From the NCBI GenBank assembly GCA_963836705.1, contig CAWIKU010000011.1, forward strand, positions 6,790 through 70,789: DNA of 64,000 nt, written 5' to 3'. Of the stretch, positions 27,693 to 36,674 are shown piece by piece (position 1 is the first letter of the stretch; each line of letters opens with the position of its first letter). The stretch is from an uncultured Actinomycetes bacterium (lineage in GTDB: Bacteria > Actinomycetota > Thermoleophilia > Gaiellales > Gaiellaceae). Under the pieces are notes generated by a model. The model did not search any database, was not told where the DNA came from, and saw only the letters and a program-made list of their open reading frames with translations. Both the position numbers and the translations under genes were made by a program.

Positions 27693-28142
27693 TTAGTAGC
27701 CCGGCAGAGTCGGCGGAATGTAGTTCGTCGTCGTGGTGTCGCCGGTCGTCGACGGCGCCGGCCCGACCGCAGTCCCGACGGCGAGCGAGGCCTTCATCCC
27801 GAGAGCGGCATGTCCGGGAACGGGGCACCAGATCGCGACCTTTCCCTTCTTGAGCGTGACGTTCAGGGTTGCGGACTTGCCGGGCTTGATCAGCGGCGTC
27901 CGCTTCGAGAGCGTCCCCTGCTTGACGGCGATCGCGTGCGAGTACGTCCCGTGGTTGTGAATCACCAGGTGCACGAGCCCGACGGGCGCCTTCTGTGCCG
28001 AGAGCTTGATCGAATACTCACGCTCGGTGATGTTGATCGTCGTCTTCGTCGTGCTCGCTTGAGCGACGACTCCCGCCGTCACGGCGCCGAGCACGCCGAG
28101 GGCGAGGATGGCAAGCAGCTGGATTGGGCGAGTGATCTTCAT
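27693..28142 (-). CDS. secreted cupredoxin (type-1 'blue' copper protein-like)
   Basis: Signal peptide MKITRPIQLLAILALGVLGAVTAGVVAQA. Cu ligand set: His in HLVIHNHG plus C-x4-H-x4-M (CPVPGHAALGM). The start is re-called to the ATG at 28142. Confidence 0.75.
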   Translation of the reverse strand: MKITRPIQLLAILALGVLGAVTAGVVAQASTTKTTINITEREYSIKLSAQKAPVGLVHLVIHNHGTYSHAIAVKQGTLSKRTPLIKPGKSATLNVTLKKGKVAIWCPVPGHAALGMKASLAVGTAVGPAPSTTGDTTTTNYIPPTLPGY

Positions 28143-28197
28143 GCTCACCTCTACGTGCGGTCGGGTCGATCGGTTTGCTCTACGATCGGCGCCGCCC

Positions 28198-29112
28198 GTG
28201 GCGCTACTCGGCCGTTCGACCTTCGACCGCACGATCGTCCGTCTCCTGCCGGCCGTCCCGCGACCGGTGGTGCAGCGCCTATCGGCACGCTACATCGCGG
28301 GCTCGACGATCGACGACGCGGCTCGCGTGGTCGATGAGCTGAACGGCCAGGGGAAGCTCGCGACCGTCGACGTGCTCGGCGAGGAGATCACCAGCCCGGA
28401 CGAGGCGCGGGCGATCGCCCGCCAGTATCACGAACTGCTGGCGCGGATCGACGACGACGAGCTCGACTCGAACATCTCGATCAAGCTGACCGCGCTCGGG
28501 CTCGACCTCGATCTCGGCCTGTGCCGCGAGAACCTCGAGGCGGTCGTCAGAGACGCGAAGGAGCGGGAGAGCTTCGTCCGAATCGACATGGAGGACTCGT
28601 CGACGACGACCCATACCCTCGGGTTGTACCGCGACCTTCGCGAGCTCGGGTACGAGAATCTCGGCGTAGTCGTGCAGGCCTACCTGCGGCGCACGATCGA
28701 CGACGTCGAGGGAATCGACAACGTTCGGCTGTGCAAGGGGATCTACGTCGAGCCGCCGGCGATCGCGTACCGCGAGTTCGAAGCGGTGCGCGCGAACTAC
28801 CTCCTCGTGCTCGAGAAACTCCTCGCACAGGGCTCGTTCGTCGGCATCGCGACGCACGACGAGTACCTGATCGTCGAGGCGTTGCGCCTCGTCCGCGGCC
28901 TTCCGTCCGACCGCTACGAGTTCCAGATGCTGCTGGGAGTGCGTCCCGACCGGGCCGACGCGCTGGTGGGGGCAGGCCACCGGGTGCGCATCTACGTCCC
29001 GTACGGCACGCAGTGGTACGAGTATTCGCTGCGCCGTCTGCAGGAGAACCCGAAGATCGCGGGCTACGTCGCCGGCGACACTCTCAACAAGCTCCTACGC
29101 CGCCCGTCCTGA
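28198..29112 (+). CDS. putA: proline dehydrogenase
   Basis: PRODH TIM-barrel hallmarks: RYIAGSTIDDA, VDVLGEE, and the C-terminal YVPYGTQWYEYSLRRLQENP. The GTG at 28198 is chosen as start. The track start at 28108 and the ATG at 28141 would overlap the divergent cupredoxin gene. This is a monofunctional PRODH only, with no P5C dehydrogenase domain. Confidence 0.82.
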   Translation: MALLGRSTFDRTIVRLLPAVPRPVVQRLSARYIAGSTIDDAARVVDELNGQGKLATVDVLGEEITSPDEARAIARQYHELLARIDDDELDSNISIKLTALGLDLDLGLCRENLEAVVRDAKERESFVRIDMEDSSTTTHTLGLYRDLRELGYENLGVVVQAYLRRTIDDVEGIDNVRLCKGIYVEPPAIAYREFEAVRANYLLVLEKLLAQGSFVGIATHDEYLIVEALRLVRGLPSDRYEFQMLLGVRPDRADALVGAGHRVRIYVPYGTQWYEYSLRRLQENPKIAGYVAGDTLNKLLRRPS

Positions 29113-29141
29113 CCGGAGGGCCGCGGTGTGAGCAAGCCTGG

Positions 29142-29858
29142 TCAGGCGAGGAGCGAGAAGCCGCCGTCGACGATCAGCGTCTGGCCGCGAACCATCGCGG
29201 CGTCCGCCGAGCACAGGAACGCGACGGCGCCCGCAATGTCGTCGGGCTCGACGATTCGCCCGACCGGGTTGGCGCGTCCAGCGGCCAGCATCTCGTCGCG
29301 GTTCGGGAAGTGCTCGAGCGCGCCCGTCTCGACGACGCCGCCCGAGACCGCGTTGACGCGGATCCGCGGGGCGAGCTCGACCGCCAGGTAGCGCACGAGC
29401 GACTCGAGGGCGGCCTTCGACGTTCCGATCAGCACGTAGTTCTCGAGCACCCGCTGCGCGCCGAGTGACGAGATCGCGACGATCGACGAGCCCTCCGGCA
29501 TCGACGGAGCCGCCACGCGCGCCAGCTGCAGCAACGCGCGGGCATTCGCGTTGAGCGTCCAGTCCCAGTGCTTGTCCTCCGTCTCGAGTGCCGGGCGGAT
29601 CACGCCGGTGGCGGCGTTGTGAACGAGCACGTCGAGCGGCCCGAGCGCCGCGACTTCTCCGAGGACGCGCTCCGAGGTGATGTTGCCGCGCACGAGCACC
29701 GGCTCCGCCCCGAGCGCGCGGAGCTCGGCGGCTGTCTCCTCGGCTGCGCGATCGTTCCGCAGGTAGCCGATCGCCACGCGGTCGGCGCCATCGCGCGCGA
29801 ACCGCAACGCGATCGCACGGCCGATCCCTCGTGTGCCGCCCGAGACGAAGACCGTCAC
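29142..29858 (-). CDS. SDR family oxidoreductase (FabL/FabG-like)
   Basis: SGGTRGIGRAIALRFA cofactor motif. Classical SDR length of 238 aa. Confidence 0.8.
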   Translation of the reverse strand: MTVFVSGGTRGIGRAIALRFARDGADRVAIGYLRNDRAAEETAAELRALGAEPVLVRGNITSERVLGEVAALGPLDVLVHNAATGVIRPALETEDKHWDWTLNANARALLQLARVAAPSMPEGSSIVAISSLGAQRVLENYVLIGTSKAALESLVRYLAVELAPRIRVNAVSGGVVETGALEHFPNRDEMLAAGRANPVGRIVEPDDIAGAVAFLCSADAAMVRGQTLIVDGGFSLLA

Positions 29859-30133
29859 GAACGAGGCGGTAGCGGCCGGTCCGCCGGGGCGGCCGACGGA
29901 ATCTCGTCCCAGCCGATCCGGGCCGGGGATTCGCGCGGGCCCTCGTCGGCCTTCGACGACGCGTGCCCGAGCCGGTCGAGGCGCTCCATCTGCGTGTCGG
30001 CGTAACGGCGCACCTCATGCCCCGCAGGCAGCCCGGCGACGAGCTCTCTGACGCGTGCTCGCAGCTGGTAGGCGAAGTGCGGGGTCGCGGGAGCGACCAG
30101 TGCGTCGACGTCGTCGCGGGTCGGCTCGTCCAT
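29855..30133 (-). CDS. hypothetical protein (92 aa)
   Basis: GC3-rich frame. Its stop overlaps the SDR start (GTGA). No family recognised. Confidence 0.5.
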   Translation of the reverse strand: MDEPTRDDVDALVAPATPHFAYQLRARVRELVAGLPAGHEVRRYADTQMERLDRLGHASSKADEGPRESPARIGWDEIPSAAPADRPLPPRS

Positions 30134-30180
30134 GACGCGCGCAAGCGTACCGCGCCAGGTGGGCCAGCTAGGGTCGAAAC

Positions 30181-31071
30181 GTGCGGCGGGTTCACGCGGT
30201 TGACCTGATGCTGCTCGGCACGGTCCTGCTGTGGTCGCTCAACATCACCGTCACGAAGTACGTCCTGGAGCACGGCTTCCAGCCGCTCGCGTACGCGACG
30301 ATCCGTTACTTCGCGGCGACGGCACTCTTCTGGTGCTTCACCTACACGCGCGAGCACTCGTTCGCGATCGCTCTTTCCGACGCCAAGCTCGTCGGGCTCG
30401 CGGGTCTCCTGATCTTCCTCAACCAGATCTGTTTCGTCTACGGGCTGCACACCTCGAGCGCCTCGACGATGGCGCTCATTCTCGGGACGACACCGATCTT
30501 CATCGGCATCTACGTGACACTCTTCCGGCTCGAGCGGGTAGGCCCTCGCTTCTGGGCCGCAGCGCTCTGCTCGTTCATCGGCGTCGGCTTCGTCGCCGCT
30601 GGCAACGGCGACATCTCCGCCGGAATCCGCGGCGACATGCTCGCCCTCCTGACGGCTGCGACCTGGGCGGGCTACTCGGTCACGATCGCGCCGCTGATGC
30701 GGCGCTACTCGCCGTTTCGAATCAGCGCCGTCGTACTGGCGCTGGGTTGGCTCCCGATCGCGGCGGTTGGTGCCGTCCAGACCTCTCACCAGAGCTTTCA
30801 CTTCGGCCTGGCGACCTGGCTCGGGTTCGCGTTCGCCGTCGTCGGGCCGCTCTTCCTGACCAACATCCTCTGGTTCACCGCGATCGACCGAGTGGGGCCG
30901 TCGCGGGCGTCGCTCTTCGCGAACCTGCAACCGTTCTTCGCCGTCCTCTTCGCGCTCGTGATCCTCGGCGAACACCTGAGTCGCTGGGAGATCATCGGCG
31001 GCATCGGCATCGCGGGCGGCATCGTCCTCGACCGCACCCGGCGGCGGGCACCAGAGCCGCAAGCTGATTAA
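30181..31071 (+). CDS. EamA/DMT family transporter
   Basis: 10-TM layout with two EamA repeats. An alternative ATG lies at 30208. Confidence 0.8.
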   Translation: MRRVHAVDLMLLGTVLLWSLNITVTKYVLEHGFQPLAYATIRYFAATALFWCFTYTREHSFAIALSDAKLVGLAGLLIFLNQICFVYGLHTSSASTMALILGTTPIFIGIYVTLFRLERVGPRFWAAALCSFIGVGFVAAGNGDISAGIRGDMLALLTAATWAGYSVTIAPLMRRYSPFRISAVVLALGWLPIAAVGAVQTSHQSFHFGLATWLGFAFAVVGPLFLTNILWFTAIDRVGPSRASLFANLQPFFAVLFALVILGEHLSRWEIIGGIGIAGGIVLDRTRRRAPEPQAD

Positions 31072-31089
31072 CCTCGTTAACCTTTTGAG

Positions 31090-32631
31090 ATGAACATTCG
31101 CGCGCGCCTCGCCCGCCAGCCACCCGGGTACGAGTTCACGATCGGCCGCATCCTCGCGATCTACTCGGGGCTGATGGTGACGCTGCTGCTGGCGGCGCTC
31201 GACCAGACGATCGTCGCAACGGCACTCCCACGGATCGTCAGCGACGTCGGCGGCATCGCGCAGTACTCGTGGGTGTTCACCGCGTACATGCTCACGTCGA
31301 CCGTGACGGTCCCGCTCTACGGCAAGCTCGGCGACGCCTACGGGCGCAAGTACCTGTTCCTGTTCGCGATCGTCGTCTTCCTGCTCGGCTCCGCGCTCTG
31401 CGGTCTGGCGACGACGATGACGCAACTCGTCGTCTTCCGAGCCGTTCAGGGGATCGGCGCGGGCGGTCTGTTCCCACTCTCCCTCGCAGTGATCGGAAAC
31501 ATCGTGCCGCCGCGCGACCGCGGCCGCTGGCAAGGCCTGATCGGCGCCGTGTTCGCTGCCTCGTCGATCATCGGTCCGGCGATCGGAGGGTTCATCGTCG
31601 ACAACGCGAGCTGGCGCTGGATCTTCCTGGTCAACCTGCCGGTCGGTGGCGTCGCGCTCGTGGTCATCTCGCTGACGATGCCGCGCAGCGCGCCGCGACA
31701 CGAGCATTCGATCGACTGGCTCGGCGCCGGCGTACTCGCAGGCGGCACGGGCCTGCTGCTGCTGGGACTGGTCTGGGGTGGCAAGCAGTACCCGTGGACC
31801 AGCCCTCAGGTGGTCGGTGCACTCGTCGCATCTGCCGTGCTGCTGGCCGGGTTCGCGGTCATCGAGCGGCGATCGCGGGAGCCGATCCTCCCGTTCGAGA
31901 TCCTCCGCAATCCGATCGTCGCCGGAAGCGTCGCGTGCATGGCGCTCGTCGGCATGGCGATGTTCGGGACGATCTCGTACGTGCCGCTGTTCGTGCAGGG
32001 CGTGATCGGGACGTCGGCGACGTCGTCGGGCGTCGTGCTCACGCCGCTGATGCTGGGGGCGGTCGTGACCTCCCTGCTCACCGGTCAGCTGATCTCCCGC
32101 ACGGGTCGTTATCGCTGGAACGCGGTCCTCGGGCCGCTCATCTTGACCGTCGGCATGCTCCTGCTCTGGCGCATGGACACGGACACGACGAACCGCGAGG
32201 CGGCACGCAACATGGTGATCGCCGGGATCGGGATCGGGTCGATGATGCAGGTCTTCGTGCTCTCGGTGCAGAACGCCGTCCCACGAGCGCACATCGGCTC
32301 GGCGACGGCGCTGACGCAGTTCGGCCGGCAGATGGGCGCGACGCTCGGCGTCACGATCATGGGCGTGATCGTCAACCACGGACTGCCCTCCGGGGTGGGC
32401 GCGGGGACCGAGGGAGGCTCGATCCACCAGCTGCCGCCGTCCGCCCGCTCCGACCTCGCGGACGCGCTGCATCCGGCGTTCTTCGCCGCGGCCTGCGTCT
32501 CGTTCGCGGTCTGGGTGATCGCCGTCCTCTGGGTGAAGGAGCAACCGCTTCGGCGCTCTCTCGACGAGGTGGCGGCCGTCGACGCAGCGGCGGCCACGCC
32601 GGCGACAGCCGCAGTAGAATCGAGCGCGTGA
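31090..32631 (+). CDS. MFS transporter, DHA2 (EmrB/QacA, 14-TM) family
   Basis: LDQTIVATALPRI, motif A GKLGDAYGRKYLF, and 513 aa. Confidence 0.85.
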   Translation: MNIRARLARQPPGYEFTIGRILAIYSGLMVTLLLAALDQTIVATALPRIVSDVGGIAQYSWVFTAYMLTSTVTVPLYGKLGDAYGRKYLFLFAIVVFLLGSALCGLATTMTQLVVFRAVQGIGAGGLFPLSLAVIGNIVPPRDRGRWQGLIGAVFAASSIIGPAIGGFIVDNASWRWIFLVNLPVGGVALVVISLTMPRSAPRHEHSIDWLGAGVLAGGTGLLLLGLVWGGKQYPWTSPQVVGALVASAVLLAGFAVIERRSREPILPFEILRNPIVAGSVACMALVGMAMFGTISYVPLFVQGVIGTSATSSGVVLTPLMLGAVVTSLLTGQLISRTGRYRWNAVLGPLILTVGMLLLWRMDTDTTNREAARNMVIAGIGIGSMMQVFVLSVQNAVPRAHIGSATALTQFGRQMGATLGVTIMGVIVNHGLPSGVGAGTEGGSIHQLPPSARSDLADALHPAFFAAACVSFAVWVIAVLWVKEQPLRRSLDEVAAVDAAAATPATAAVESSA

Positions 32632-33728
32632 CCGAAGACTTCATGCCCCTCGACGGCTGGGATCACGTCGAGCTCTGGGTCGGGAACGCGAAGCAGGCTG
32701 CCTACTACTACGAGCAGGCCTTCGGCTTCCGGCGCACCGCCTACGCGGGGCCGGAGACGGGCGTGCGCGACCGGGCGAGCTATGTGCTCGAACAGAACGA
32801 GATCCGTTTCGTCGTCACCAGCGCGCTCCACCCTGGCAGCGAGATCGTCGACCACGCCTACAAGCACGGCGACGGCGTCAAGGACATCGCGCTCCGCGTT
32901 CCCGACGCGGCGCGGGCCTACCACGAGGCGGTCAGCCGCGGCGCACGCGGGATCGCCGAACCGGTCGCCCGCGAAGACGAGTTCGGCAGCGTCGAGCTTG
33001 CGACGATCGCGACCTACGGCGACGTCGTGCACACGTTCGTCACCCGCGGCGATTACGAGGGCGCCTACCTGCCCGGTTACGTCGCGCAGGAGTCGACGGC
33101 GACGACCCCGGCCGACGGCGTCGGCCTGCTCGCGCTCGACCACGTCGTCGGCAACGTCGAGCTCGGTCAGATGGACGAGTGGGTCGCGTTCTACGAGCGC
33201 GTGTTCGGGATGACGGAGATGATTCATTTCAGCGACGACGACATCTCGACCGAATACTCAGCGCTGATGTCGAAGGTGATGACGGACGGCCAGGGCAAGA
33301 TCAAGTTCCCGATCAACGAGCCCGCCGAGGGCAAGCGCAAGAGCCAGATCGACGAGTACCTGGAGTTCAACCACGGCCCTGGCGCGCAACACATCGCGAT
33401 GCAGTCGTCGCACATCGTCGACACCGTCGAGGCGCTGCAACAGCGCGGCGTCATCTTCCTGACGACACCCGACACGTACTACGAGGAGACGCCGGACCGC
33501 GTCGGCTCGATCGACGAGAGCTGGGACGACCTGCGCCGCCTGCGGATCCTCGCCGACCGTGATGACGACGGATACCTCCTGCAGATCTTCACCAAGACCG
33601 CCCAGGATCGTCCGACGCTCTTCTTCGAGGTGATCGAGCGGCACGGTGCCCGAGGCTTCGGCGACGGCAACTTCAAGGCCCTCTTCGAGGCGATCGAGCG
33701 CGAGCAAGCGCTGCGCGGCAATCTTTGA
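32628..33728 (+). CDS. hppD: 4-hydroxyphenylpyruvate dioxygenase
   Basis: DHVELWVGNAKQAAYYYEQAFGF, QHIAMQSSHIV, and the C-terminal FGDGNFKALFEAIEREQALRGNL. The GTG at 32628 overlaps the MFS stop. An alternative ATG lies at 32643. Confidence 0.9.
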   Translation: MTEDFMPLDGWDHVELWVGNAKQAAYYYEQAFGFRRTAYAGPETGVRDRASYVLEQNEIRFVVTSALHPGSEIVDHAYKHGDGVKDIALRVPDAARAYHEAVSRGARGIAEPVAREDEFGSVELATIATYGDVVHTFVTRGDYEGAYLPGYVAQESTATTPADGVGLLALDHVVGNVELGQMDEWVAFYERVFGMTEMIHFSDDDISTEYSALMSKVMTDGQGKIKFPINEPAEGKRKSQIDEYLEFNHGPGAQHIAMQSSHIVDTVEALQQRGVIFLTTPDTYYEETPDRVGSIDESWDDLRRLRILADRDDDGYLLQIFTKTAQDRPTLFFEVIERHGARGFGDGNFKALFEAIEREQALRGNL

Positions 33729-34477
33729 CCCTCGAGTTCCTCGACACAGCCTCCCGCCAGGCGCACGTCGTCGACGACGTCGAGCATCGGCCGTGGCCGG
33801 TGCCGGACGTGCCATGGGCACAGGCGCAGTCATGGGTCGACATCGCGTTCCTGCACTGGCGCATCGACCCCGCTGCGCTCCAGCGGCTGCTGCCCGGTTC
33901 GGTCGAGTTGCAGACATTCGACGGCGCCGCCTGGCTCGGGATCACGCCCTTCCTGCTGAGCGGCCTGCGCTTGCGCGGGCTGCCGCCGCTGCCGGGTGTC
34001 TCGACGTTCCCCGCGCTGAACGTGCGCACGTATGTGACGCTCGACGAGCGACCCGGGATCTGGTTCTTCACACTCGATGTCGGCAGCACGCTCGTCGCCG
34101 AGGCGGAGAAACGGCTCTATCGTCTGCCGTATCACCGGGCGCAGATGCGCTACGTGCGCGACGACGAGTTCGTCAACCACGAATCGGCGCGGGCCGGCGC
34201 CGCGTTCAGTGCGAGCTACCGCGGAGTCGGCAACGTGTTCGACGCCGAGGCAGGCTCGCTCGACGAGTTCCTCACCGACCGCTACTGCGTCTACACCGAG
34301 GATGGGGGACGCGTCTACCGGGCCGAGCTTCACCATCGGCGCTGGCAACTGCAGCATGGGGAGGCGCACATCGACCTGAACACGATGGCCCCCTTGCCCG
34401 TGCCGGCCGACGCACCGCACGTGCTCTTCTCGCAGCGGCAGGACGTGGTCATCTGGCCGCTCGTCGAGCTTGGGTGA
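33725..34477 (+). CDS. DUF2071 (YqjF-like) family protein
   Basis: WRDIAFLHW-type N-terminus, GAAWLGITPFLLSGLRLRGLP, and FPALNVRTYV. TTGA overlap with hppD. Confidence 0.6.
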   Translation: MTLEFLDTASRQAHVVDDVEHRPWPVPDVPWAQAQSWVDIAFLHWRIDPAALQRLLPGSVELQTFDGAAWLGITPFLLSGLRLRGLPPLPGVSTFPALNVRTYVTLDERPGIWFFTLDVGSTLVAEAEKRLYRLPYHRAQMRYVRDDEFVNHESARAGAAFSASYRGVGNVFDAEAGSLDEFLTDRYCVYTEDGGRVYRAELHHRRWQLQHGEAHIDLNTMAPLPVPADAPHVLFSQRQDVVIWPLVELG

Positions 34478-34501
34478 CCAGCAAGCCGTAGATTCCTCGC
34501 G

Positions 34502-35845
34502 GTGAGCCCGCAGCGCCGCTCAGCGCTCGTCTCGGTTGCCGCCGCGGCGACACTCGTCGTCCTCAAGCTCAGTGTCGGGCTGGCAACGCACAGCCTGGGG
34601 TTCGTCTCGGAGGCGATCCACTCGGGCACCGACCTCGTCGCGGCCCTCTTGACGTACTTCGCGCTCCGGGTTGCCGCGCGTCCCGCCGATGTGACGCACC
34701 AGTACGGGCACGGCAAGGCGGAGCATCTCTCGGCGCTCGGCGAGGCCGGCTTCCTCGCGATCGCAAGCATCTTCATCTCGGTCCGCGCGATCGAACGGCT
34801 CGTCGGCTCGACCGAGACGCAGGTGCAAACGCCGTGGTACGCGTTCGCCGTGATCGGCGTCGTACTCGCGATCGACCTCGGTCGGACCGCCGTGTCGCTG
34901 CGCACAGCGCGGCGCTATTCCAGCGCGGCCCTCGCGTCGAACGCCTTGCACTTCGGCAGCGACTTCACCGGGACGCTTGCCGTGCTCGTCGGATTGTTGC
35001 TGGCCCGCGCCGGCCATCCGAACGGTGACCCGATCGCCGCACTCTTCGTCGGAGTGCTCGTGCTACTCGCCGCCACGCGGCTGATCAAGGTGAATGTCGA
35101 CGTGCTGATGGATCGTGCGCCGGCCGAGGCCGAAGCGGCCGCGCTCTCTGCGATCGAGGCGCTACGACCGGCGGTCGAGCTGCGGCGGCTGCGGATGAGG
35201 CAGGCCGGCAGCCGTCAATTCGCCGACGTCGTGATCGCCGTCTCGTCGGGTGCGGCGGTCGGTCAGGGCCACGCAGCAGCCGACGCCGTGGAGGCGGCTG
35301 TCGGCGCGGCGCTGCCCGAGGCCGACGTCGTGGTGCACGTCGAGCCGCTCCAGGAGGAAGACCTTCGGGAACGCGCACACGCCGCGGCGATCGGCGTCCG
35401 GCAGGTCCGCGAGGTGCACAACCTCGCACTGGTCGACGTCGACGGGAGGACCGAGCTCTCGCTGCACGTCAAGCTTCCAGGTGAGCTGCCGCTCGAGGAG
35501 GCGCACGCGATCGCCGAGGAGCTCGAGACGGCGATCCGCTCGGCCGTCCCGGAGATCTCGGGCATCCAGACGCACCTCGAGCCGCTCGCCGAGGTACGAG
35601 CGGGCCACGAGGTCGAGGCTGACGGCGCGGCGGTCGTCACGCGGGTGGTGCGCAGCGCGACCGGCTCGGATCCCCGCGAGCTGCGGTTCCTCCGGACGGA
35701 TGCCGGGTTGGTTGCGTTCCTCACGCTCGGACTCGCCGGAGCGACGAGCCTCGACGAGGCGCATGCACGGGCGAGCGAGATCGAGCAGCGAATCCGACTC
35801 GAACGCCCCGACATCGCCGACGTGATCGTTCACACAGAGCCCTGA
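34502..35845 (+). CDS. cation diffusion facilitator (CDF) transporter with three tandem C-terminal cytoplasmic domains
   Basis: TM2 HSGTD and TM5 HFGSD metal-site motifs. After the TMD come three repeats, each ending in H-x-EP (VVHVEP, THLEP, VHTEP), with the ZT_dimer-like pattern. Confidence 0.85.
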   Translation: MSPQRRSALVSVAAAATLVVLKLSVGLATHSLGFVSEAIHSGTDLVAALLTYFALRVAARPADVTHQYGHGKAEHLSALGEAGFLAIASIFISVRAIERLVGSTETQVQTPWYAFAVIGVVLAIDLGRTAVSLRTARRYSSAALASNALHFGSDFTGTLAVLVGLLLARAGHPNGDPIAALFVGVLVLLAATRLIKVNVDVLMDRAPAEAEAAALSAIEALRPAVELRRLRMRQAGSRQFADVVIAVSSGAAVGQGHAAADAVEAAVGAALPEADVVVHVEPLQEEDLRERAHAAAIGVRQVREVHNLALVDVDGRTELSLHVKLPGELPLEEAHAIAEELETAIRSAVPEISGIQTHLEPLAEVRAGHEVEADGAAVVTRVVRSATGSDPRELRFLRTDAGLVAFLTLGLAGATSLDEAHARASEIEQRIRLERPDIADVIVHTEP

Positions 35846-35861
35846 CGGTACGTTTGGGCTC

Positions 35862-36674
35862 GTGAAGCTGTGCATGTTCACGCCGCGTGAGCTGGCGCTC
35901 GAACGCGGTTGGCCGGGACGCATCGAGGGCGACCGTGTCATCCAACTCGCAGCGCAGACGCTGCAGTCGTTCTTCACGGGTGGCGGGGAGGCACGCGAGC
36001 ACGCCGAGTACGCGCTCGCCGATGTCGACCTGAGGCCCCCGGTGCTGTATCCGCCGGCGGTTCGCGACTTCATGGCCTTCGAGGAGCACGTCGCGAACGC
36101 CCGCAGGCAGCGTGGGGCAGAGGTGCCGGCCGAGTGGTACGAGACACCCGTCTTCTACTTCTCGAACCCGGCCGCGATCTACGGGCCCGACGAGGACGTT
36201 CCGTATCCGTCAGACACGCAGGAGCTCGACTACGAGCTCGAGTGCGCCGCCGTGATCGGAGCCGAAGGGAGGATCGGCGGCTTCACGGTGCTCAACGACT
36301 GGTCGGCGCGCGACCTGCAGCGGCACGAGATGCGGGTCGGCCTCGGGCCGGCGAAAGGCAAGGACTTCGCCACGTCGCTCGGTCCCGTCCTCGTCACGAT
36401 CGACGAGTTCGACGGCAGCACGGGCGAGATGGTGGCGCGTGTGAACGGCGAGGAGCGCTCACGCGGGAATCTGAGTGCGATGCATCACTCCTGGGAGGCG
36501 ATCGTGGCGCAGGCCGCGCGCAACACGAGCCTGCGGCCGGGCGACGTGCTCGGCTCGGGCACCGTCGGCAGCGGTTGCATCCTCGAGCACGGGGACGGGC
36601 GCTGGCTGCAGCGCGGCGACGTCGTCGAGCTCGAGATCGAGGGCATCGGCGTGCTGCGAAACCGGATTGCGTGA
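35862..36674 (+). CDS. fumarylacetoacetate hydrolase (FAH) family protein
   Basis: FAH-fold core: FYFSNPAAIYGPDEDVPYPSDTQELDYELECAAVIG, and DLQRHEM..GPAKGKDFATS. Short-form, 270 aa. Confidence 0.8.
   Translation: MKLCMFTPRELALERGWPGRIEGDRVIQLAAQTLQSFFTGGGEAREHAEYALADVDLRPPVLYPPAVRDFMAFEEHVANARRQRGAEVPAEWYETPVFYFSNPAAIYGPDEDVPYPSDTQELDYELECAAVIGAEGRIGGFTVLNDWSARDLQRHEMRVGLGPAKGKDFATSLGPVLVTIDEFDGSTGEMVARVNGEERSRGNLSAMHHSWEAIVAQAARNTSLRPGDVLGSGTVGSGCILEHGDGRWLQRGDVVELEIEGIGVLRNRIA

Noticed and set aside
28141-28143. ATG at 28141 as the proline dehydrogenase start, forming CATG with the divergent cupredoxin start
   Set aside because: The first ~19 residues it would add (MLTSTCGRVDRFALRSAPP) are not PRODH-like. 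The GTG at 28198 gives the family-typical N-terminus. This is still uncertain.
29095-32544. 1149-aa open reading frame on the minus strand spanning four annotated genes
   Set aside because: It is antisense to PRODH, SDR, EamA and MFS genes that have clear family signatures. Its translation is Arg/Asp/Pro/Gly-rich low-complexity sequence, which is the usual stop-codon-poor antisense frame of ~70% G+C DNA.
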